Below are positions 14,017 to 21,521 of a stretch of 24,000 bases of DNA, in pieces. How positions within the stretch are numbered: the first letter of the stretch is position 1; every line of letters begins with the position of its first letter. This stretch comes from Williamsia sterculiae (lineage in GTDB: Bacteria > Actinomycetota > Actinomycetes > Mycobacteriales > Mycobacteriaceae). Location: contig NZ_FTNT01000002.1 in the NCBI RefSeq assembly GCF_900156495.1, forward strand, positions 130,359 to 154,358. Direction: 5' to 3'. The position numbers were made by a program, and so were the translations under genes. The notes under the pieces are model-generated. The model was not told where the DNA came from and made no database searches. It worked only from the letters and a program-made list of their open reading frames with translations.

Positions 14017-15654
14017 GTGATGGAGGATCCCGTGGTTGGAGAGTTGCGCCCCGAGATCGCACTCGGATGGCGCCGCTCGCAGATGAGCGGTCTCGACCCG
14101 GGAATGGAGGTCAGGGAACCGCGCCTGTTCGAGGTGGACCGGCACAGTCGGTTGATCCACGCGGCGAAACCCGTGTTGACCAGCATGGTTCGGGAGCTGG
14201 ACGACACCCGTTTCTCGATCCTGTTGGCCGATCACTCGGCGCGGATCGTCGATCGTCGGCTGAGCAACCGGACACTGCACCGTCACCTCGATCGGGTGAA
14301 GGCCATTCCCGGGGCCCAGTACATCGAGGAACTCAGCGGGACCAACTCCCTGTCCACCGCCTTCGAATTGCGAAAGCCCATTTCCGTAGCGGGTGACGAG
14401 CATTTTCTCGAGGCGCTGCGGGTGTTCTGTTGTTACGGGGCGCCCATCATCCACCCGATCACCCGCAGGCTGGAAGGTGTCCTCGATGTCACCGGTCCCG
14501 TCGCCGATCAGAGCAATCTGCTCGGGCCATTCCTCATGCGTGCCGTCCGGGACATCGAGCAACGCCTACACGAGGGATCCCGGCTGAGCGAACAACGGCT
14601 GTTCGCCGATTTCCAGTCCGAGTCGGCGCGCAACAAGAACGCCTTGGTCCTGTTCGGCGAGAACCTCGCCTTGAGCAACGCGGCAGCGATGGATCTCATC
14701 AGCAGCGACGACAACCCACTCTTGCAGGCGATCGCCGCCGAGGTCGACGGGAGCAGCCGCTTGACCCGATCGGTGTCGCTGACGTCCGGTCGTGACGTCG
14801 ACATCCATGCGCGATTGGTCGCGGACAGCCGTGACGGTGTGATCATGGAGGTCGTCCCCCGGCAGAGACAACCCGCGAGGCGGGCGATACGTGACGTCGA
14901 CACCGGCCGGCCCACCCGACGCTGCGTTCTCGTCACCGGGCCGCCCGGCAGCGGCCGGTCGACAAGGGCTCGCGAGATGGCCGGAAACAGCGCCGTCGCG
15001 GTCGATCTGGCGGATGATGACGGACATCTGCGTGAGCAACTCGTCAGCGTGTTCGCCGATTCCGCGGTTCTGATCCTCGACAACGTGCACGCCGCCGACG
15101 CCTCGACCGTCACGTACGTGCGGCACGCGTTGAGTTCGGCCCGACCTACCGTGATCATCGTGTGCGGATCGGTAGAGGAGCTCTCCGAAGAACATCAGGC
15201 ACTCGCCGCGACGGCCGACGAGACCGTCGAATTGCCCCACCTTCGGGACATCGGTCACACCTTCGCCACGACCGTGCAGGCGATGGTGTCGGAAGTCGCC
15301 GCATCGAATCTCGCGGAGCCCGCTTCCCGAACCGGTTCGCAGTTGCGGATGACTCCCTCGGCGCTGGCGGTTCTCGCCGAACAGGATTGGCCGGGAAACC
15401 TCGCCGAGCTGGCGCGTGTCGTCCGTGTCGCGGCCCGTGGCCGGTCGTGTGGTGACATCACCGCGGATGATCTGCCCGAGTCACACCGACGACGACCCGC
15501 GCGTGGACTCACCCCGCTGGAGCGGGCCGAACGGGCGACGATCTCGGCCGCGATGGCGGAGCACGGCGGCAACAAGGTCGCGGTGGCCCACGCCCTGGGA
15601 ATCGGGCGCAACACCCTCTACCAGCGACTCCGCTACTACCGGCTCGTCAACTGA
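14017..15654 (+). CDS. AcoR/NtrC-like transcriptional activator (N-terminal sensor, degenerate AAA+ core, C-terminal Fis-type HTH)
   Basis: 545 aa, starting at GTG 14017 or ATG 14020. It has an AcoR-type N-terminus (LRPEIALGWRRSQMSGLDPG), a P-loop-like VLVTGPPGSGRST, a Walker-B-like VLILDNV, WPGNLAEL, and a Fis HTH_8 (GGNKVAVAHALGIGRNTLYQRLRYYRL). Confidence 0.85.
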   Translation: MMEDPVVGELRPEIALGWRRSQMSGLDPGMEVREPRLFEVDRHSRLIHAAKPVLTSMVRELDDTRFSILLADHSARIVDRRLSNRTLHRHLDRVKAIPGAQYIEELSGTNSLSTAFELRKPISVAGDEHFLEALRVFCCYGAPIIHPITRRLEGVLDVTGPVADQSNLLGPFLMRAVRDIEQRLHEGSRLSEQRLFADFQSESARNKNALVLFGENLALSNAAAMDLISSDDNPLLQAIAAEVDGSSRLTRSVSLTSGRDVDIHARLVADSRDGVIMEVVPRQRQPARRAIRDVDTGRPTRRCVLVTGPPGSGRSTRAREMAGNSAVAVDLADDDGHLREQLVSVFADSAVLILDNVHAADASTVTYVRHALSSARPTVIIVCGSVEELSEEHQALAATADETVELPHLRDIGHTFATTVQAMVSEVAASNLAEPASRTGSQLRMTPSALAVLAEQDWPGNLAELARVVRVAARGRSCGDITADDLPESHRRRPARGLTPLERAERATISAAMAEHGGNKVAVAHALGIGRNTLYQRLRYYRLVN

Positions 15655-15812
15655 TCGTCAGGACACCTCAGCAGCCGGCTCGTACTCCCTCGGAGAGTGT
15701 TCAAAACCAGGACACTTCCGCTTCCGTCACCCGGTGGACAGTGATGGGAGTCATAGTTCAGGGCCGATGTCGCAGCATTGACGACTACATCGGTCCTCCG
15801 AGAGGAGTTGCC

Positions 15813-17255
15813 ATGAGTACGCCCACCGATGTCAGATACGCCAACGTCATCAACGGCGAGACCCGATCATCGGCGGAGTCGGCACCCGTCTACAACCCCG
15901 CCACCGGTCAGGTGTTCGCGGAGGTACCGGTCGCAACCCGGGCCGACCTCGACGACGCCGTGACGGCCGCCGCGGCGGCATACCCAGGATGGTCGGCGAC
16001 ATCGGCGGCCGAACGCGCCGCGGCGGTGTCCGCCATCGGCGACCGACTGGAGGCGCACGCCGAGGAGTTCATCACCCTGCTCACCGCCGAACAGGGCAAA
16101 CCGCGGTCGATGGCCGAGTGGGAGGTGTACGGAAGCGTCGCGTGGTTCCGCGAGATCGCCAAACAACAGCTGCCCGACGAGGTCGTCGAGGACACCCCTG
16201 AACGCAGGGTGATCAGCCGGTACACGCCGCTGGGTGTGGTGGGCGCCATCGTCCCGTGGAACTTCCCCATCCTGCTCGCGGTCTGGAAGATCGCCCCGGC
16301 CTTGGTGACCGGCAACACGATCATCGTCAAACCTTCACCTTTCACCCCACTGTGCGATCTGAAATTGGTCGAACTCGTGCAGGATCTGCTGCCGCCGGGT
16401 GTGCTGAGTGCGCTTTCCGGTGACGACGATCTGGGCAAGTGGATGACAGTGCACCCCGGTATCGCCAAGATCGCGTTCACCGGCAGCACGGAGACCGGAC
16501 GTCACGTGATGGCCTCGGCGGCGGGCACGCTCAAACGGGTGACGCTGGAGCTCGGCGGCAACGACCCTGCGATCGTCTTGCGAGACGTGGACCCGCAGAA
16601 GGTGGCGCCGCAGATCTTCTGGGCCGCCTTCCAGAACAACGCGCAGTTCTGCAACGCCGCCAAGCGGATCTACATCCACGACGACGTCTACGACGCAGTT
16701 CGCGACGAGCTGGTCGAATACGCGAGGTCTGTGGTGGTCGGCGACGGGTCGCACCCGGACACACAGCTCGGCCCGATCCAGAACAGGCCACAGCTGGCCA
16801 AGGTGACCGAGTACTTCGACGACTGCCGAAAGAACGGGTACACCTTCGCGCTCGGTGGGGAGATCGACACCGAATCCGAAGGGTGGTTTGTGCCGGTCAC
16901 CCTGGTGGACAACCCGCCCGAGGACTCCCGGTTGGTCGCCGAGGAACCGTTCGGCCCCATCCTCCCGTTGCTGAAGTGGTCCGAGGAAGACGATGTGGTC
17001 GCTCGCGCCAACGACACCGTGTGGGGTCTCGGCGCCACGGTGTGGGGAGACGACCTCGAGGCCGTCGAGCGGATCGGACGACGTATCGAGGCTGGAACCG
17101 TGTGGCTCAACGAGGTGCACCAGTACTCGCCGCACCAGGTGTTCGGTGGCCACAAACAGTCCGGCATCGGCGCCGAGAACTCGCTACACGGTTTGGCCGA
17201 GTACACCAATTATCAGACCGTCTGCCTCAACCGCGCGCCGGGAACAGTTGCCTGA
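15813..17255 (+). CDS. NAD(P)+-dependent aldehyde dehydrogenase
   Basis: ATG at 15813 with an AGAGGAG Shine-Dalgarno; the ORF track opens at 15741. ALDH motifs are present: VPWNFP, FTGSTETG, VTLELGGNDP, the catalytic Cys context NNAQFCNAAKRIYI, and EEPFGPI. The protein is 480 aa. Confidence 0.93.
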   Translation: MSTPTDVRYANVINGETRSSAESAPVYNPATGQVFAEVPVATRADLDDAVTAAAAAYPGWSATSAAERAAAVSAIGDRLEAHAEEFITLLTAEQGKPRSMAEWEVYGSVAWFREIAKQQLPDEVVEDTPERRVISRYTPLGVVGAIVPWNFPILLAVWKIAPALVTGNTIIVKPSPFTPLCDLKLVELVQDLLPPGVLSALSGDDDLGKWMTVHPGIAKIAFTGSTETGRHVMASAAGTLKRVTLELGGNDPAIVLRDVDPQKVAPQIFWAAFQNNAQFCNAAKRIYIHDDVYDAVRDELVEYARSVVVGDGSHPDTQLGPIQNRPQLAKVTEYFDDCRKNGYTFALGGEIDTESEGWFVPVTLVDNPPEDSRLVAEEPFGPILPLLKWSEEDDVVARANDTVWGLGATVWGDDLEAVERIGRRIEAGTVWLNEVHQYSPHQVFGGHKQSGIGAENSLHGLAEYTNYQTVCLNRAPGTVA

Positions 17256-17262
17256 CAGCGCG

Positions 17263-18801
17263 ATGACCCATTCTCGACCCACCACCAGCATTGCCGAGGT
17301 CTTGCCCTGGCGCGCGCGCATCCATCCGGACAAGCCCGCGCTGATCGTCGGAGATCGGTCGTTCTCCTACGTCGACCTCGACACTCTTTCCAACAGGGTT
17401 GCGGCCGGGATGCGTTCGTCGGGGGTGCGCCCGGGTGAGGTGGTGTCGCTCTTCGGTCAGAACAGTTGGCAGTGGATCGTGGCCTATCACGGCATCCTCA
17501 AGGCGGGTGCGGTGGTCAATCCGGTGAACGTGATGCTGACCGGATCGGAATTGCGGTACGTGTTGCAGGACTGCGGAGCACGGGCCCTGTTCATCGGCGC
17601 GACCGAGTACGAGCGGGTCGCGGGCGAGCTCGAGGGGTTGCCGCTGTTGGCCTGTGTCACGCTCGACGCGGAATTCGACACCCTGCTCGACGGTGCCGAC
17701 CCGGGCTCGGTGCCGCCGGTCGACTGCCGGCCCAAGGCGCTGGGCAGCATCGGCTACACGTCGGGGACCACCGGACATCCCAAGGGGGCCATGCAGTCTC
17801 TGGAGTCGGTCCTCCTCAACTGCGCCCACACGGCCGCCATGCATGGCAAGAACGCCGACGACGTCATCCTGTCGGCGCTACCTGCGGCGCACGTCTACGG
17901 CAACGTTGCGATCAACGGCACCTTCCTGGCGGGTGGCACCGTCGTGCTGATGGAGCGGTTCGACCCGGTCGCCGCACTGCATCTCATGCAGTTGCATCGG
18001 GTCACGGTGTTCGAGGGTGTCCCGGCGATGTACTCGATGTTGCTGGCCACCGATGACCTGTCCGCGGTGGATCTCAGCGCCATCAGGGTGTCGACCGTCG
18101 GCGGCCAGACGTTCTCGCCGTTGATCATCGAGAAGTGGGAGAAACGCACGGGCGCACCATTACTCGAACTCTGGGGTATGACGGAGCTGTCCGGACTGGG
18201 CACCACGCATTCGGTGTACGGGCCGCCGTGCCCGGGGTCCATCGGCGTGTCCTTACCCGGTACGGAGATCTCGCTGGCCCCCATGGACGGCCAGAGTGGA
18301 GAGGTGTCCGCGGGTGAGCCGGGCGAGCTCATGATCCGTGGTCCGTTGGTCATGCTCGGATATTTCGGTAATCCCGCGGGGACCGCGGAGGTCCTGGGTG
18401 CAGACGGTTGGCTGCGCACCGGTGATGTGGCCTACCTCGACCAGTCCGGACATGCGTTCATCGTCGACCGCCTCAAGGACATGATCATCACCGCCGGATA
18501 CAACGTGTATCCAGCCGAGATCGAACGCGTGGTCGCCACCCATCCGGATGTCGCGATGGTTGCGGTCGGGCGTCGTCCCGATCCGATCAAGGGTGAGATC
18601 GCCGTCGCCTACATCGTGCCGCGACGCGACGCACGACCGGATGTCGCCGACATCCTGCAATTCTGTTCCGAGCGGTTGGCCGCCTACAAGCGGCCAAGGG
18701 ATGTGGTCCTGGTTGATCACCTTCCGACCACGTCGTCGGGAAAGTTACTGCGCCGCAAGCTCGATGAACTTGGTCCACACGCTCCAGCGCAGGTCGGCTG
18801 A
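17263..18801 (+). CDS. AMP-dependent acyl-CoA synthetase/ligase (FadD-like)
   Basis: ATG at 17263, 7 nt after the ALDH stop; the ORF track opens at 16993. Adenylate-forming motifs are present: YTSGTTGHPKGA, GMTE, TGDVAYLDQSGHAFIVDRLKDMI, GYNVYPAEIE, and the C-terminal SSGKLLRRKL. The protein is 512 aa. Confidence 0.93.
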   Translation: MTHSRPTTSIAEVLPWRARIHPDKPALIVGDRSFSYVDLDTLSNRVAAGMRSSGVRPGEVVSLFGQNSWQWIVAYHGILKAGAVVNPVNVMLTGSELRYVLQDCGARALFIGATEYERVAGELEGLPLLACVTLDAEFDTLLDGADPGSVPPVDCRPKALGSIGYTSGTTGHPKGAMQSLESVLLNCAHTAAMHGKNADDVILSALPAAHVYGNVAINGTFLAGGTVVLMERFDPVAALHLMQLHRVTVFEGVPAMYSMLLATDDLSAVDLSAIRVSTVGGQTFSPLIIEKWEKRTGAPLLELWGMTELSGLGTTHSVYGPPCPGSIGVSLPGTEISLAPMDGQSGEVSAGEPGELMIRGPLVMLGYFGNPAGTAEVLGADGWLRTGDVAYLDQSGHAFIVDRLKDMIITAGYNVYPAEIERVVATHPDVAMVAVGRRPDPIKGEIAVAYIVPRRDARPDVADILQFCSERLAAYKRPRDVVLVDHLPTTSSGKLLRRKLDELGPHAPAQVG

Positions 18802-18933
18802 CGGTTATCCCACAGGGATAGACGGTCACGCCGATGTCTGTCCCGGAGGTGAGTGCGCCAGCACACAGTCGGCGGGCAGTGTGACCTACACGACATACAG
18901 CCGGCAAGCCGGCACAGGCACAAGGGAGAACCC

Positions 18934-19347
18934 ATGACAGTAGTGGCCGAGGGATACAACGCCTTCGAAACATCCAAATCGCCGGTCGGAGAGGTGAAGT
19001 ACCTCGACTCGCCCCAGGATGTCATCGAGATCGTCCAGTCCGGCCGGCTCGGCGAGTACATCCTGCTGGTCCGGGGTGGCACCACCACCTTTCTGACGCC
19101 GGCCCTGAGCATGGGCGCCATCGGAGTCATCACGATGTCCGGTGCACCCGAATCGCACCTGGGCATCCTGTCCAGAGAGTTCCAGATCCCGTGCGTGATG
19201 ACCGCACACCTGACCGACAGCGACTCCCGGTACGAGGTCGGCAACACCGGCAACGCACATTTCGTCGCCATCACCGACGCACTCGAGGGCAAGAAAGTGC
19301 AACTGCACTGCGACGACGCCGACACCGGCCGCGTGAGCCTCGTCTGA
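18934..19347 (+). CDS. Stand-alone PEP-utilising-enzyme mobile (phosphohistidine swivel) domain protein
   Basis: ATG at 18934 with an AAGGGAGA Shine-Dalgarno; the protein is 137 aa. The pattern ILLVRGGTTTFLTPALSMGAIGVITMSGAPESHLGILSREFQIPCVM matches the swivel-domain consensus (ILV...T.P....M....GI.T..GG.TSHAAI.AR..GIP.V), with the His retained in an ESH context. Confidence 0.75.
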   Translation: MTVVAEGYNAFETSKSPVGEVKYLDSPQDVIEIVQSGRLGEYILLVRGGTTTFLTPALSMGAIGVITMSGAPESHLGILSREFQIPCVMTAHLTDSDSRYEVGNTGNAHFVAITDALEGKKVQLHCDDADTGRVSLV

Positions 19348-19366
19348 ACCACCGAAGGGACAACGA

Positions 19367-20803
19367 ATGACCATCAACGCCGAAGCCGGATCCACAGCAA
19401 CCTTCAAACAGCGATATGAGCCGTCGGACGACGGTCTGCGATTTCAGGAACTGACCTTCGAGGGCAACTTCGTCGGGCAAGAACCGGTCACCGACGGAAT
19501 CCTCGGAGACAAGACGATGCGTTCACGCGCCAAGAGCGCCGTGCTGGAGAGGGTCTCCAAGGAGGACGTTCTGCGCGATCAGTTCACCCTCGATGAACTG
19601 AACGACCTGAACAACTACCTGGCCTGGAACATCTGGGACACCCTGGTGATGCGGGCCACCGAGGGCGTCTCGGGGATGATCCCCCGCCAGGAGTACGAGA
19701 TCCTCGCCTTCATGCACGAGTTCTACCGGTGGCCGGAGTTCCTGCGGTTGGCGACCGACGCGGTCGGCCCCCAGGGCCTTCTCGACATCGGCGCCACCGC
19801 GCGCCGCGAGGTCGGCACCAAGATCAACTCCGTGCACGATTGGGCCATCGGTGCGGTCGGATTCGGCATGGGCCGATGCAGTCTGCTGGCGTTGGAGGCG
19901 ATCGGTCCCGACGACTACGTCGACGAGTCCAACACCATGCTGAAGTTCATGCAGCGCATCTTGTGGGGCAAGCGCCAGGACGGCTACATCCTCAACTCGC
20001 AGGACCGGTACCGCTGCACCATCCACGACGACGACTTCCTGCAGACACTGGTCGATCAGTTGATCCCTCTCGAAGACGGCGGTCCGGATCACAGTGCGCT
20101 GACCCGGTTCAACGCCGCGGCCGAGCTGTTGGCCTTCCTGCAGCATTTCGACAACCGCCTCGGCCTCGGCGACACGGGGCCCTATGAGCTCCCCAACGGC
20201 AATCTGCTGATCCTGCGTGACCTGTTCGTCAACGAGCCGATCTACCACTGGTCCGATGTGTGTGAGGACGCCGGTCTGCCGTATTCGTACACCGTTGCGC
20301 TCGAGATCGATCCGAACGCGATGGGCTTGCAGGAGATCCGGGTGAACGACATCTCCACCACGTTCACCCGGCCGAAGAACTACATTCCCGCCATCGTGGG
20401 TGGGGCCGTGTTCGCGCGGGGCAAGCACGACAGTCCGATGAGCGAATTGCGAGCGTTGTCGATCGGTGAGTTGGCCGACGAACTGCCCAAGGTGCAGGAC
20501 GCGACCCTCAAGCTGTACCGCAAGATCTCGCGGATGCCGCGTCGGGACCTGATCTGGTCGGGCCAATACGTCTATTACGTCGACATGATCCTGCCGTATC
20601 TCCGAGGCGCGGGAGTCTACGACAAATGCTGTCGAGACCTGCAACTGTGGGAGATCGACCAGCGCGTGGCGAACTACTACTACGACATCACCAAGCGCGG
20701 GTTCGCGCAGGAGACCGTCCCGCACAAGATCTTCTCCGGGCGTGGGTACCTGCCGTTCGGTGAGAACGCCGATCTACGCGCCTCCAAGTACCGGTGGCTC
20801 TGA
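19367..20803 (+). CDS. Uncharacterised 478-aa soluble protein (no family recognised)
   Basis: ATG at 19367 with a GAAGGGA Shine-Dalgarno, 19 nt after the swivel gene. It is a long ORF with normal amino-acid composition (W/Y/F-rich, balanced charges), unlike the Arg/Pro-rich shadow ORFs. I saw no TM segments and no nucleotide-binding motif. Antisense ORF 19523..20725 is a typical shadow. Confidence 0.85.
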   Translation: MTINAEAGSTATFKQRYEPSDDGLRFQELTFEGNFVGQEPVTDGILGDKTMRSRAKSAVLERVSKEDVLRDQFTLDELNDLNNYLAWNIWDTLVMRATEGVSGMIPRQEYEILAFMHEFYRWPEFLRLATDAVGPQGLLDIGATARREVGTKINSVHDWAIGAVGFGMGRCSLLALEAIGPDDYVDESNTMLKFMQRILWGKRQDGYILNSQDRYRCTIHDDDFLQTLVDQLIPLEDGGPDHSALTRFNAAAELLAFLQHFDNRLGLGDTGPYELPNGNLLILRDLFVNEPIYHWSDVCEDAGLPYSYTVALEIDPNAMGLQEIRVNDISTTFTRPKNYIPAIVGGAVFARGKHDSPMSELRALSIGELADELPKVQDATLKLYRKISRMPRRDLIWSGQYVYYVDMILPYLRGAGVYDKCCRDLQLWEIDQRVANYYYDITKRGFAQETVPHKIFSGRGYLPFGENADLRASKYRWL

Positions 20804-20900
20804 CCCCACCCGGCCCGCACTCCGCACGACTGGGTGCGCGGTACGCGACCCCGAGACGGGCCGGGTACCGCGCACACGGTACGCGAACCCAAGGAACCTC

Positions 20901-21521
20901 ATGCCCTCCACCCTGCTGGACAAGGACCTGTACGACGCGCTGAACGCCGTCGCACTGAAGAAGATGACGACGGTCGCCGGCGTCACGACCGTCACCACAC
21001 TCGAATCCGACACGGCCAGACGTGCCCTCGATGATCTCGCCGACCGGAAGTTGATAGTGCTCGTCGGCGACAACGCGTTGCCCACCGACGACAGTGCACA
21101 GGCACTATACGAGTCCGCAGCCGCCATCTACGCCCCGTTACGTGACGATCCGGCCGTGCTGACGGTCGCGGACAAGTTCGAGGACGTCAACAGCCGTTTC
21201 CTGACGGCGATGTCGGCCTGGCAACAGGTCGAGGTCGGAGGGCGCAAGATCGCCAACGATCATTCCGACGAGGAGTACGACAGCAAGATCATCACGCAGA
21301 TCGATCGCCTGGTGTCGCGGCTGAGCGGCCTGTTGGAGACGTTGGGGGAGCGCGACCCTCGATTCGGTTTGTACATCACTCGCTTCCGGCAGGCGCTGGA
21401 TGCCGTCGACTCGGGCGACCCGGGAGCCGTCTCAGATCCCACCCGCGACTCCGTGCACAACATCTGGTTCGAATTTCACGAGGACCTGCTCCGCACATTG
21501 GGTCGAAAGCGAAAGGAATGA
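20901..21521 (+). CDS. Uncharacterised 206-aa protein (possible winged-helix-like N-terminus plus helical domain)
   Basis: ATG at 20901 with an AAGGAA Shine-Dalgarno; the ORF track opens at 20742. Translation begins MPSTLLDKDLYDALNAVALKKMTTVAGVTTVTTLESDTARRALDDLADRKLIVLVGD.... The stop overlaps the start of the dikinase-like gene (ATGA at 21518-21521). Confidence 0.78.
   Translation: MPSTLLDKDLYDALNAVALKKMTTVAGVTTVTTLESDTARRALDDLADRKLIVLVGDNALPTDDSAQALYESAAAIYAPLRDDPAVLTVADKFEDVNSRFLTAMSAWQQVEVGGRKIANDHSDEEYDSKIITQIDRLVSRLSGLLETLGERDPRFGLYITRFRQALDAVDSGDPGAVSDPTRDSVHNIWFEFHEDLLRTLGRKRKE

Noticed and set aside
15741-15812. 5' extensions offered by the track for the ALDH gene (15741) and the acyl-CoA ligase gene (16993..17262).
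   Set aside because: Internal ATGs at 15813 and 17263 give canonical N-termini. 15813 is also preceded by an AGAGGAG Shine-Dalgarno. The 16993 start would overlap 260 nt of the ALDH gene in another frame.
18806-18820. TATCCC-aca-GGGATA palindrome just after the acyl-CoA ligase stop.
   Set aside because: The short 6-bp arms could be a minor hairpin or a chance palindrome. I cannot tell an operator for the downstream cluster from a weak terminator, so I did not call it as a feature.
19523-20725. 400-aa minus-strand ORF antisense to the 478-aa orphan gene; the same applies to 22222..23574 antisense to the dikinase-like gene.
   Set aside because: The composition (Val/Arg/Asp/Gly/His-rich, no motifs) and complete overlap with better plus-strand frames, which have Shine-Dalgarno sites and operon packing, indicate GC-driven shadow ORFs.
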